Assembly: GCA_020629635.1 (NCBI GenBank)
Contig: JAHDCX010000016.1
Location: 34,154-98,153 of the forward strand
Length of the DNA stretch: 64,000 nucleotides
Direction of reading: 5' to 3'
Source of the DNA: Acidimicrobiales bacterium
GTDB lineage: Bacteria > Actinomycetota > Acidimicrobiia > Acidimicrobiales > SHLQ01
Part shown: positions 42,743-52,174 of the stretch, piece after piece
Position numbering within the stretch: position 1 is the first letter of the stretch
Layout: each line of letters begins with the position of its first letter
Program-made: the position numbers and the translations under genes
The notes under the pieces: model-generated
Seen by the model: the letters and a program-made list of their open reading frames with translations, nothing else
What the model was told of the DNA's origin: nothing
Database searches by the model: none

Positions 42743-45643
42743 GTGAATTCACCGGCTCGGCCGCGCCTCGGTCTGCTTCGACGTATCGGCATCGGGACGC
42801 GCCTCGTCGCGCTCGTGCTACTCCCGGTCGTCGCGCTGGCCGTCGTGGCCACCCTGCTCGCCGCCAGAGACGTCTCTTCGATCGAGGAACTCCGGGAGTT
42901 CCGCCGCGCGGCCGACACCGCAACCCGGACGATTCAGGGAATCGACGCGATTCAGCACGAACGCCACGAACTCGTCGACGGGATCGAGCTGACCCGGTCC
43001 CCCGAGGTGGCGCTCGACATCCACCCCGATCCCGACCGCCGATCCGACCAGGAGCGTCGTCTCGTCGAACGGCTCGACACCGCTCGTGGGCACGCCGCCA
43101 ACGGCTCGGTTCAGAACGCCATCGCGGCCTACTCGACCGTCGTCGATCTCCTCCACGCCGACGCTCGGCGCACGCTCGCCAACGCCCCGGACACCGCCAC
43201 CCGACAATGGTCCGAGTCCATGTTGTCGATCAGCACCGCGCTCGAGGGACAGCTGCTCGAAGACCTCGCGATTCGGACGGGTGCCAGTTCGACCGAGACC
43301 GTTCGGCATCACACGACCTCCGCCGATGCGCTCGACCGTTTCACCGACGTCGCGAGCCGGACGGTGATCGATCGCCTGGAGGCCCTGACGTTGTCGGACT
43401 CGTGGCGGCGCTTGTCGGCCGCCCGACAAGGTTCCGTCACCCGTGGGACGACGATCGACGGGTCCGTGTGGGCTCTCGATGCCCGACATGCATCGGCGAC
43501 GCTTCGCACCATCCGGTTCGAGGTTGCGGTCGACGGGCTGACCCAACTGACGGACTCGATCGCAGACCGCCAGACTCGGCTACTCGGCCTGGCTGCGGTC
43601 GCTGCGGTCTTCGCTGCTGTCCTGCTCGCCTCGCTCGTTCTGCTTCGCCGATCGATCGTGCGGCCGCTGCAGACCCTCACCGTCGCGGCGACGAGACTTT
43701 CGAGAGGAGAGGCCACCGAGATCGACGATCGGGGTCGCGACGAGATCGGCGCCGTCGGCCGTGCCCTGGCCGAGCTCTCCGAGACGATGCATCGTCTCTG
43801 GGCCGACGTCGACGAGATCCAGCGATCGCTCGAACACGGCCAGTTCGACGAGCGCATCGAGACCATCGACCTCGAAGGCGACTGGCTCCGGCTGGCCGAC
43901 ACCATGAACGCAACGCTCGACACCGGCGAGCAGCACACCAGCTCGGTCCAGGCCGAGCTCCGTCGCCGGACCATTCTCGGCGAACTCAGCGAGGCGGCGA
44001 TCCGTGGGGAGACAAGCCAGACGATCACCTCGGTCCTGCTGAGGACATTGCCCCGTGCCGTGCGCGGCTCACACGTGCACCTCCACGCGCATCCAAGCGG
44101 TCCGCCGCGTTTCGATCTGGGCGTCCCCCTCGAACCGAGCATCTCTGCGCTCGACCTTCCGACCCGGGCGCAGGCGCTCGCGGTCGACCTCGGGACGACC
44201 ACCGGAATCGCCGGCCTCGTCGACTTCGGTGATGGTCCGCCAGCGGTCCTCGTGCTCGCCTTTGGCGACGAACACCCGCAGCAGACCGAACCGTTGCTCG
44301 GTCTGGTCGAAACGGCCTGCCGGCTGCTCGCTCAGGCGCATCGGCGACAGGCTGCGGAGTTCTCGGCCAGCTACAACCTCGAACACGACCCGCTGACCGG
44401 GCTGCGCAATGTGACCGGTCTTCGCAGCTGGTTCTCGGAGCACGGCAACGTCGGCAACTGGTCGTTGGTCGGGGTGCATCCGCTCCGCCTCGACGACCTC
44501 GACAGTTCATTCGGTCGACGCAGCCGCGACATCGTCCTGTCGATCATCGCCGGCCGTCTGCGAGGCATCGACCACGCCGAGCTGGTCGTTCGCACCGACG
44601 ACCCCGAGTTCGTGTTGGTCGTTCCTGTCGAGCGGGCAGAAGACGCCGCCCATGACGTCCTCGAACTTCTTGCTCGCCCGATCGCGCTCGAAGCCGGACA
44701 GATGCACGTCGACGTGACCGTCGGAGTCGCTCGGGTCGAGAAGAACGTGACCGACGCGCTCACCGACGTTTCGGCGGCGGCACGCTTTTCTCACGGTCGG
44801 AGCAGCGAGATCGTCACCTTCGACGAATCGCATCGCTCCGAAGTGCGTCGGCGCACCGAGATCGCCCAGTGGCTTGAGGCCGCAATCACCAACGGTGACC
44901 TTCGAGTCGAGTTCCAACCGGTCGTCAACGCCCGAACCCGTCGGACCGAGGGCTACGAGTGTCTCGTTCGGGGAGACCGAGACGGCGTTGCGGTGTCTCC
45001 GGGAGAGTTCATTCCCATCGCCGAAGAGACCGACCTCATTCTCGCCATCGGCGAGTTCACCCTCGGAGAGGCCTGCCAGGCGCTGCCCTTCCTGCCGGGC
45101 GACGACCCCTACGTGGCCATCAACCTCTCACCGGTCGAGTTGAGCTCACCAGGCCTGGTCGAACGGATCGACCAGGTGTTGGCGACTTCTGCCGTCGACC
45201 GGCGTCGCATCGTGTTCGAAGTCACCGAAGGTGCCGCCACCAGCGCCGACGACATCGCCCTTCTCGAACGCATCGCCGAACTCGGGGTCCGTATCGCCAT
45301 CGACGACTTCGGAACCGGACACTCGAATCTCGCTCAGCTCAATGCGCTGCCCGCATCGATCCTCAAGCTGGACCGAAGCCTTGTCACCCCGATCGTCGAC
45401 GATCCGGGAGCGTCGGCCATCGTCGAGAAGACCATCGAGATGGCCCACAAGCTCGGGATGAGCGTGATCGGCGAGGGCGTCGAGACCGAAGCCGAACTGC
45501 GCCGACTCGTGCGTCTCCGGTGCGACCGCATCCAGGGCTGGCTGACCGGCCGGCCCGCGCCGCTCGCCGATCTCGTCGAGGTGCGGATCGATCGCCCGCC
45601 GACGGCGATCCGGCTGGCGCCCGCCGTCGAGGCCGAATCGTGA
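42743..45643 (+). CDS. membrane signalling protein: NIT-like sensor - TM - HAMP - GAF-like - degenerate GGDEF - EAL (c-di-GMP phosphodiesterase)
   Basis: The GTG start at 42743 gives an N-terminal TM (GTRLVALVLLPVVALAVVATLL). A periplasmic helical domain (IDAIQHERHELV) follows, then a second TM and HAMP (IVRPLQTLTVAATRLSRGE...). The GGDEF site reads RTDDPEF. The EAL domain has ECLVR, NLSP, EVTE, DDFGTG, KLDRS, EGVETE and QGW. Confidence 0.8.
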   Translation: MNSPARPRLGLLRRIGIGTRLVALVLLPVVALAVVATLLAARDVSSIEELREFRRAADTATRTIQGIDAIQHERHELVDGIELTRSPEVALDIHPDPDRRSDQERRLVERLDTARGHAANGSVQNAIAAYSTVVDLLHADARRTLANAPDTATRQWSESMLSISTALEGQLLEDLAIRTGASSTETVRHHTTSADALDRFTDVASRTVIDRLEALTLSDSWRRLSAARQGSVTRGTTIDGSVWALDARHASATLRTIRFEVAVDGLTQLTDSIADRQTRLLGLAAVAAVFAAVLLASLVLLRRSIVRPLQTLTVAATRLSRGEATEIDDRGRDEIGAVGRALAELSETMHRLWADVDEIQRSLEHGQFDERIETIDLEGDWLRLADTMNATLDTGEQHTSSVQAELRRRTILGELSEAAIRGETSQTITSVLLRTLPRAVRGSHVHLHAHPSGPPRFDLGVPLEPSISALDLPTRAQALAVDLGTTTGIAGLVDFGDGPPAVLVLAFGDEHPQQTEPLLGLVETACRLLAQAHRRQAAEFSASYNLEHDPLTGLRNVTGLRSWFSEHGNVGNWSLVGVHPLRLDDLDSSFGRRSRDIVLSIIAGRLRGIDHAELVVRTDDPEFVLVVPVERAEDAAHDVLELLARPIALEAGQMHVDVTVGVARVEKNVTDALTDVSAAARFSHGRSSEIVTFDESHRSEVRRRTEIAQWLEAAITNGDLRVEFQPVVNARTRRTEGYECLVRGDRDGVAVSPGEFIPIAEETDLILAIGEFTLGEACQALPFLPGDDPYVAINLSPVELSSPGLVERIDQVLATSAVDRRRIVFEVTEGAATSADDIALLERIAELGVRIAIDDFGTGHSNLAQLNALPASILKLDRSLVTPIVDDPGASAIVEKTIEMAHKLGMSVIGEGVETEAELRRLVRLRCDRIQGWLTGRPAPLADLVEVRIDRPPTAIRLAPAVEAES

Positions 45644-46893
45644 GCCGAACGCGCCGCCTCACGGCAATCGTGGCCGTCGCCGCATCACTGCTCTCTGCCT
45701 GCTCCGTCGACCCACCCGAGAGTCTTGCGGCGGTCGAGACCACGCCGACCGCACGATCGGTCCTGCGGGTCGCCACCTACGACAACGCTCCGCTCGACCA
45801 CGCACTCACCGCGTGGGAGCGAGACCACCCGACCGTTCGCGTGGAAGTCCTCGAGTCCGACATCGCCACCCACCACGCCGCCATCGTCGAGGGCACCCTC
45901 GAGGCCGACCTCGTCGCGATCGATGCGCACTGGCTCGCCGGAATCCGCCAGGATCACGAGCTGTTCGTCGATACGGCCGACTCGCTCGGACCGATCACCC
46001 CCACCGACGCGCCCGACCACATCGCTGCCCAAGTCGTCGTCGACGAGCACGTCTGGGCCCGTCCTGCCTCGGTGGGCGGCCTGGTGTTGGCGACCCGATC
46101 CGATCTCGTTGATGTCGCCGCCTTGGCCGGATCGGACGTGGACACCTGGTGCGACCTCATTCGCACGGGTGACACCTGGGTGTCCGCCAATGAACTCCGC
46201 TTCCTGCCATCGGTCGAGCCGATGTTCCGAGCGGTCATCGACCAGCGACCCGTCGACGCCGACCACGCGCTCACCGGACCCGACGGCAACGCCGCCATTG
46301 TCGACAATCCTGCTGTCGAGCTCGCCTGGGATCTGTCACTCCTCGCCCTCGGGCACCCACCGATGTTCGGTGATCCGTGCGAAGGGTGGGAGGGCGGACG
46401 CATCGCCGGCAATCTCCCCCGCTTCAGCGCACCGTGGACCGAAGCCCTCGCCGAGGGGTCGTTCGCCGCGACGCTCGTGCCTGCGTGGGCACTCGAACGG
46501 CTCGAGACCGGAACCGGATCCACGCAATCGATCTGGACCCACCATCACGTACCCGGGAGTGGAGGCGACCGCGGCGGCACATCGTGGGCGATACCCGCGG
46601 CCGGCAACCGGGCCGACCTGGCCGAGGACCTCCTGAGCTGGCTGACGTCGCCCACCCAGCAAGCGCTCGCCTGGCGCCAAGCCGGCGACCTCCCCGCAGA
46701 AGCAGGCCTTCGTGGCGACGTGGCGGCCGGGCCGCTCGCCGCTTCGGTCGAGTCCGTCCGCGCCATTCCAGGCCCGCACGACCGTGCAATCGTCGAGATT
46801 CTGACAACAGCACTCGAACGGATCGAAGCCGGCAACGCAGAGCCGGCCGATGCGTGGGAAGACGCACTGTTCCGAATCAGGCGACTCGACTGA
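45640..46893 (+). CDS. orphan ABC-type extracellular solute-binding lipoprotein (family 1-like)
   Basis: The GTG start overlaps the EAL gene stop (GTGA). The signal with lipobox reads RRLTAIVAVAASLLSACS. The layout is SBP-like. No permease or ATPase genes are adjacent. Confidence 0.65.
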   Translation: MSRTRRLTAIVAVAASLLSACSVDPPESLAAVETTPTARSVLRVATYDNAPLDHALTAWERDHPTVRVEVLESDIATHHAAIVEGTLEADLVAIDAHWLAGIRQDHELFVDTADSLGPITPTDAPDHIAAQVVVDEHVWARPASVGGLVLATRSDLVDVAALAGSDVDTWCDLIRTGDTWVSANELRFLPSVEPMFRAVIDQRPVDADHALTGPDGNAAIVDNPAVELAWDLSLLALGHPPMFGDPCEGWEGGRIAGNLPRFSAPWTEALAEGSFAATLVPAWALERLETGTGSTQSIWTHHHVPGSGGDRGGTSWAIPAAGNRADLAEDLLSWLTSPTQQALAWRQAGDLPAEAGLRGDVAAGPLAASVESVRAIPGPHDRAIVEILTTALERIEAGNAEPADAWEDALFRIRRLD

Positions 46894-46915
46894 CCGGGCA
46901 CTACCTTGTGAAGTC

Positions 46916-49900
46916 ATGCTCAAGCGTCTGACTCCACAGCAGATCGTCCTCGGTCTGGGCATCGCCATCGCCACGGTCACGGTCCTCTCGGGGATCGCCG
47001 CCGAAGTCTTCGCGTTCAAGAACGACAACGACCAGCACCGGGTGGTGTTCGCGAACATTCCCGACATCTTCCGGCTGATCTTCTACACGGTGCTTCCGGT
47101 CCTGATCGTGTACGGCGCCTGGATGTTCTCGCTCCGCATCAAGAACTGGCGACGTGGTGGCCCAGACAATCGGGCCACGACCTCCAAGAACGCAGGCGAG
47201 CGGCTCAAGGACCTCCGATCAGGCCTGTACATGCAGACCCTGCTGCGCGAGCCGGGCGCCGGCCTCATGCACTCGATGATGTACTTCAGCTTCATCGTGC
47301 TGCTCGGCGTCACCACCACGCTCGAGATCGATCATCAGCTCCCGGAGTCACTCAAATTCCTTCACGGTGGCACCTACAAGGGCTATGCGTTCGTCGGCGA
47401 TCTTGCCGGTCTGATCTTCACGATCTCGATCGTGTGGGCGATCCTGCGCCGCTACGGCCCTCGTGCGATGCGGCCGTACCGCATCCGCATCAAGTCCAAG
47501 CCCGAGCACGCCATGATCCTCGCCACGTTCCTGGCGATCGGCGTGACCGGCTTCGGTGCCGAGATGTTCCGAATCGCTCTCGAGGGCGAGGCGCTCGGCG
47601 AACTCCCCGAGTACGAGCGGTGGAGCTTTGTCGGCTACCCGCTCGCGACCCTCGTCGAAGGCAGCGACAACCTCTCCGGGTGGCACCAGTTCTGGTGGGT
47701 CTTCCACGTTCTGTCGTTCATCGCGTTCTTGATCATGTTGCCGATCACGATGCTTCGCCACATCTTCACCTCGCCGCTCAACATGTACCTCGGGCACAAG
47801 GACCGCCCGAAGGGCGCCATGAAGGCCATGCCCAACCTCATGGAGACCGAGCTCGAGACCTTCGGCGCCTCGACCATCGAAGACTTCACCTGGAAGCAGC
47901 TCCTCGACACCGACTCGTGCACGATGTGCGGCCGCTGCACGAGCGTGTGCCCGGCGCACCACACCGGCAAGCCGCTCGACCCCCGAGAGATCGTGCTCAA
48001 GACCGGCGAGGTCATGGCCCGCACCGGCGACCCCCAGGTGTCGCCTCCGATCGGCGTCGACGGCGAGATCACGGTTCCGGCCAACTGGATGTTCGACCGG
48101 GTCACCTCCGAAGAGCTCTGGGCGTGCACCTCGTGTCGCGCGTGCGATGAGATCTGTCCCGTCAACATCGAGATCCTCGACAAGATCCTCGACATGCGCC
48201 GGTACCTGTCGCTGATGGAGTCGGACTTCCCGACCGAGCTCGGCAACGCCTACCGAGGCATGGAGAACCAGATGAACCCCTGGGCGATGTCCCAGGGCGA
48301 GCGCGCCGACTGGGTCGTCGACGACTCGGTCACGGTGATCGACGGCTCCGACCCGCTCGAAGCCGAGTACCTGTACTGGGTTGGTTGCGCCGGCTCCTTC
48401 GACGACAAGAACAAGAAGGTCAGTCAAGCGCTTGCGACCCTCCTGAATCGCGCCGACGTCAGCTACGCAATCCTCGGTCCCGCAGAGAACTGCACTGGCG
48501 ACTCCGCCCGGCGGACCGGCAACGAATACATCTTCCAGATGCTCGCGATGCAGAACATCGAAGTGCTCAACGGCATGGGCGTGAAGAAGATCATCACCCA
48601 GTGCCCGCACTGCTTCAACACGCTTGCCAACGAGTACCCGCAGCTCGGCGGGCACTACGAGGTCATCCACCACAGTGAGTTCCTCGCCGAACTCGTCGAT
48701 GACGGCCGCCTCGACATGACCAACGCCAACCTCGCGGAGCGGATCGTCTACCACGACGCCTGCTACCTGGGCCGGCACAACGACGTCTACATGGCGCCCC
48801 GCAAGGTCATCGGAGCGCTGGGCGGCGTCCAGGTGCTCGAGGCCGAGCGGAGCGGCAACAAGAGCATGTGTTGTGGTGCCGGCGGCGGTCGCTTCTGGAT
48901 GGAGGAGACGACCGGCAAGGACGTCAACGTCGACCGCTCGCAACAGCTGTTGGCCACCGGTGCGAGCCGGATCGCGACGGCTTGCCCGTTCTGTTACGTG
49001 ATGATCGACGACGGGGTAAAGGGTCAGGGCGTCGACGAGGACGAGGTCCAGGTCGCCGACATCGCGATTCACATGCTCGAAGCGCTCGAACGCGGTGACC
49101 AGCTCGCCACGCAGGATCTGTTGACGCCGACGATCGGCGAGACGATGGTGAGCTTCGGCGAGCGCACGCCGACCGGCCGAAACCACGATGTCGATCGCTC
49201 CGGAGCCGCAGCCACCAGCGCGTCGGCGACCGCAGTACTCGAGCCCACCGACACCGGGACCATCGACACCGAGGCCATCGACACCGACGTCACGAAAGCA
49301 CTCGAAACGACCCCGGAGATCGAGGTCATCGAGGACGATCCGGCGGTGGAGACGGAGATCGAGGATCCGGCGGAGGTCGAGGCCACCACCGACATCGAAC
49401 CCGACGTCGAGGTTGCGCCGACCACCGAGGCCGAGGCGGAGGTCGGACTGACCACCGACGAGCCGGCTCTCGCCGCGGATGAGGCCGCGGTCGAAGAGAC
49501 GGCGAGCCCAGACTCCGCCGAGGCGGAGGCTTCTGCGGACGCGGACAGCGAGACCGCCGTCGCCGCGGATGTTGATGTTGATGCTGATGTTGATGCCGCG
49601 ACCGCGGTCCCGGCGACTCCCGAGCTCGGCACCGATGACCTCACCGAGATCAACGGGATCGGCACGGCGATGGACTCGATGCTGAACGACCTCGGCATCG
49701 TCAACTTCGACCAGGTCGCCGCAATGGACGACGACTACCGGGGTCGCCTCGACGCCTATCTCGATTTCGACGGGCGTATCAGCCGCGATGACTGGTCGGG
49801 CCAGGCCCGAACGCTCGCCACCCAGCGACCAAGCAAGGGCGACGCATTGCCCGACATTCCCGAGCGGGAGATCGTCGAGGTCGACACATCCATCGCGAAC

Positions 49901-50224
49901 GCGTTCGCCGGTACGGGTGCGATCGACACGGGTGACACCGCCGAGTGGCGGACCGTCGAGCCCGACGACCTCAAGGTGATCAAGGGCATCGGGCCAAAGC
50001 TCGAGGCACTACTCCACGAGATCGGCGTTCGAACCTACGAACAGATCGCCGCATTCCCCACGGAGTACATCCTGGGGCTCAACGAGTTCTTGTCGTTCAG
50101 CGGTCGGATCGAACGTGACAACTGGGTGGGACAGGCCGTCGAGCTCGCTCGTACGCGGCCTGCCAAGACGTCGTCGCTCCCGCCGATCCCCGACGAGACC
50201 CCCGACAACGCCACCGCGCAGTAG
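46916..50224 (+). CDS. membrane-anchored HdrD/GlpC-like (Fe-S)-binding reductase with acidic linker and tandem C-terminal HhH-like repeats
   Basis: An N-terminal ~6 TM domain is followed by two ferredoxin motifs (CTMCGRCTSVCP, CTSCRACDEICP) and two CCG-type Cys-rich domains (VGCAGSF..CPHCFNT; HDACYLG..MCCGAGGG..ACPFCY). An Asp/Glu/Thr/Ala-rich region comes next. The C-terminus has two ~62-aa repeats (DDLTEINGIGTAMDSMLNDLGIVNFDQVAAM...GRISRDDWSGQARTLA and DDLKVIKGIGPKLEALLHEIGVRTYEQIAAF...GRIERDNWVGQAVELA). Confidence 0.85.
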   Translation: MLKRLTPQQIVLGLGIAIATVTVLSGIAAEVFAFKNDNDQHRVVFANIPDIFRLIFYTVLPVLIVYGAWMFSLRIKNWRRGGPDNRATTSKNAGERLKDLRSGLYMQTLLREPGAGLMHSMMYFSFIVLLGVTTTLEIDHQLPESLKFLHGGTYKGYAFVGDLAGLIFTISIVWAILRRYGPRAMRPYRIRIKSKPEHAMILATFLAIGVTGFGAEMFRIALEGEALGELPEYERWSFVGYPLATLVEGSDNLSGWHQFWWVFHVLSFIAFLIMLPITMLRHIFTSPLNMYLGHKDRPKGAMKAMPNLMETELETFGASTIEDFTWKQLLDTDSCTMCGRCTSVCPAHHTGKPLDPREIVLKTGEVMARTGDPQVSPPIGVDGEITVPANWMFDRVTSEELWACTSCRACDEICPVNIEILDKILDMRRYLSLMESDFPTELGNAYRGMENQMNPWAMSQGERADWVVDDSVTVIDGSDPLEAEYLYWVGCAGSFDDKNKKVSQALATLLNRADVSYAILGPAENCTGDSARRTGNEYIFQMLAMQNIEVLNGMGVKKIITQCPHCFNTLANEYPQLGGHYEVIHHSEFLAELVDDGRLDMTNANLAERIVYHDACYLGRHNDVYMAPRKVIGALGGVQVLEAERSGNKSMCCGAGGGRFWMEETTGKDVNVDRSQQLLATGASRIATACPFCYVMIDDGVKGQGVDEDEVQVADIAIHMLEALERGDQLATQDLLTPTIGETMVSFGERTPTGRNHDVDRSGAAATSASATAVLEPTDTGTIDTEAIDTDVTKALETTPEIEVIEDDPAVETEIEDPAEVEATTDIEPDVEVAPTTEAEAEVGLTTDEPALAADEAAVEETASPDSAEAEASADADSETAVAADVDVDADVDAATAVPATPELGTDDLTEINGIGTAMDSMLNDLGIVNFDQVAAMDDDYRGRLDAYLDFDGRISRDDWSGQARTLATQRPSKGDALPDIPEREIVEVDTSIANAFAGTGAIDTGDTAEWRTVEPDDLKVIKGIGPKLEALLHEIGVRTYEQIAAFPTEYILGLNEFLSFSGRIERDNWVGQAVELARTRPAKTSSLPPIPDETPDNATAQ

Positions 50225-50260
50225 GAAGCGTCGGGGGTCAGACCCCGAACCTGCAGCACG

Positions 50261-51520
50261 TCAGGGGGTTGCGCCCTGGGGGGAACGCTCGATTCCCCGC
50301 GTGGCGAGGGCCGCGGCCACGGCGAAGCATGCGGCGCCCAGGACGAGGGTCACTCGGATCGAGGTGAGCTCGGCGATCACGCCAAGGGTCAGACCCCCGA
50401 CGAGTTCGCCAAACACGGCTGCCTGGCCCACGAGCGAATGCACGGTGGCCCGTACCTCGCTCGGCGCATCTCGATTGGTCCAACTCTCGAGCACGGGAAA
50501 GAACGCCTCACGGGACGAGTCCTGAAGCAGGTAGCCGAACCCGATCGCCAGAGCCGCAGTGGTGGCCGCCATGACCATGCCACCCACGACCGCAATCACG
50601 ATCAGCGTCGTGGCCAGACGGGCGACTCCGACGCCATCCTGCAATCGGCGGCTGACCTGGAGGTTGAGCAGGATGCCGCCAATTGCGATCACGACAAACA
50701 GCACGCCGAGCGAAACCATCGACGAATCGTCCGCTGGCGTGCTGTCGAGGAAGTACTTGTAGCCGAGCCGGTCGTACGCCTCGGCGCCAACGTCGATCGC
50801 GACCGCCACGGCCAGGATGACCCGCAGGCGGGGTCGGCCCGATATCGCGGCGAGTCCGGACCGGAGCGTCGAGAGGAAGTCGGCCTCCTCGTCAGCGTCT
50901 CGGCCGGCGACGAAGTGGTCTTCGCGCATCACGAACACGTAGTAAAGCGCGATCGAGGTGTGCATGGCCGCCGCGACGAGCAGGGCGATCCGGACCGAGG
51001 AAAGCTCGGCGAGGACGATCGTGAGCACGAGGAAGAACAGCCCGATCCCGATGCCAACCCGGTGCTTCAGAAGGAGGAGCTGCTCGACCTCCTCGTCGAA
51101 CGCATCTTCGTCGAACGAATCCTCATCGATCTGGCGGTGTCCCTTGAGCTCGTCGGTGAGCCAGGCGACATCCGCGCCGCTCCGAAAGGTCCAGCCGATC
51201 CCGGCCATTGCCTGAGCGGGAAGGATGATCCAGTAGTTCTCGCTCATCCCCGACCAGAAGAAGCTGAGTCCCATGACGACTTGAGCGATGATCAGCGAGC
51301 GCTTCCGTCCGTGAAGGTCGGCGACGACGCCTGTTGGCGTCTCGGCAATCAGCACCGCAACGAGCAGCACCGTGCCGAGGAGGGCGAGCTGGAGTTCGCC
51401 GAGTTGAAGGTCGTCGATCCACCAGACGATGAGTGCGAGCCAGACGCTCCACTCGACACCCTCCGCCAGGGCGCCTCCCCGAACGAAGACTCGTGCGGGG
51501 TCATATGTCGCCGGGGTCAC
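50261..51520 (-). CDS. MFS transporter
   Basis: There are 12 predicted TM segments and the motif ETPTGVVADLHGRKRS (MFS motif A-like). The GTG start at 51520 overlaps the dcd stop (GTGA). The upstream part of the track ORF overlaps dcd in another frame. Confidence 0.75.
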   Translation of the reverse strand: MTPATYDPARVFVRGGALAEGVEWSVWLALIVWWIDDLQLGELQLALLGTVLLVAVLIAETPTGVVADLHGRKRSLIIAQVVMGLSFFWSGMSENYWIILPAQAMAGIGWTFRSGADVAWLTDELKGHRQIDEDSFDEDAFDEEVEQLLLLKHRVGIGIGLFFLVLTIVLAELSSVRIALLVAAAMHTSIALYYVFVMREDHFVAGRDADEEADFLSTLRSGLAAISGRPRLRVILAVAVAIDVGAEAYDRLGYKYFLDSTPADDSSMVSLGVLFVVIAIGGILLNLQVSRRLQDGVGVARLATTLIVIAVVGGMVMAATTAALAIGFGYLLQDSSREAFFPVLESWTNRDAPSEVRATVHSLVGQAAVFGELVGGLTLGVIAELTSIRVTLVLGAACFAVAAALATRGIERSPQGATP

Positions 51521-52080
51521 TCGAAGTTCTTCCAGTACTGACTGGGCCTCGGGCCGACCTGTCCTTGGTACTTCGAGCCGATCACGCCCGAACCGTACGG
51601 GTTGTCGGCGGGGGTGGTCATCGCCATGAACGACACCTGGCCGACCTTCATACCCGGGTAGAGCGTGATCGGAAGACTGGCGACGTTGGACAATTCGAGG
51701 GTGATCTGACCGTCCCACCCGGCATCGACGAATCCTGCGGTCGAGTGAATGAGGAGGCCGAGGCGACCCAGGCTCGACTTGCCCTCGAGTCGAGCGACGA
51801 GGTCGTCGGGCAGCGCAAGTCGCTCGAGTGTCGATCCGAGGACGAACTCACCCGGATGCAGGATGAAGGGATCGTCGTCGCTCGCCTCAACCGGTTCGGT
51901 GAGGTCGGTGAGGTCTTCCTTCACGTCGATCAGACCACGCGTGTGGTTGCGGAACACGAGAAACCGGTGATCGAGACGAACGTCGACCGACGAGGGTTGC
52001 ACGGCCCGCTCGTCGAGCGGATCGATCGTGATGGTGCCCGCCGCGAGATGCTCGCGGATCGTCCGGTCGGAGAGGATCAC
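51517..52080 (-). CDS. dcd: dCTP deaminase (possibly bifunctional dCTP deaminase/dUTPase as in mycobacteria)
   Basis: The sequence MILSDRTIREHL...VQPSSVDVRLD...LEGKSSLGRLGLLIHSTAGFVDAGWDGQITLEL matches dCTP deaminase. Confidence 0.92.
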   Translation of the reverse strand: MILSDRTIREHLAAGTITIDPLDERAVQPSSVDVRLDHRFLVFRNHTRGLIDVKEDLTDLTEPVEASDDDPFILHPGEFVLGSTLERLALPDDLVARLEGKSSLGRLGLLIHSTAGFVDAGWDGQITLELSNVASLPITLYPGMKVGQVSFMAMTTPADNPYGSGVIGSKYQGQVGPRPSQYWKNFE

Positions 52081-52174
52081 GAGGCGACGCTATCGACCGG
52101 CCGGTGGTGAACAAACGCGAAAGGTCTCACCGGGCGCGGCCCTCGCCGCACCGAAGGTCTCTACCGTGGCCGGC

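Noticed and set aside
42727-44232. 501-aa + strand ORF starting with MPMGTGEF in the GGDEF-EAL gene region
   Set aside because: It is an Arg/Pro-rich shadow of the real frame, which contains the TM, HAMP, GGDEF-like and EAL motifs.
49290-49630. DNA-level short repeats (gatgttgatgttgatgctgatgttgatgcc etc.) as a separate satellite or regulatory repeat
   Set aside because: They lie inside the open frame of the HdrD-like protein with good GC3 and encode its polyacidic linker (VDVDADVDA). This is coding low complexity, not an independent element.
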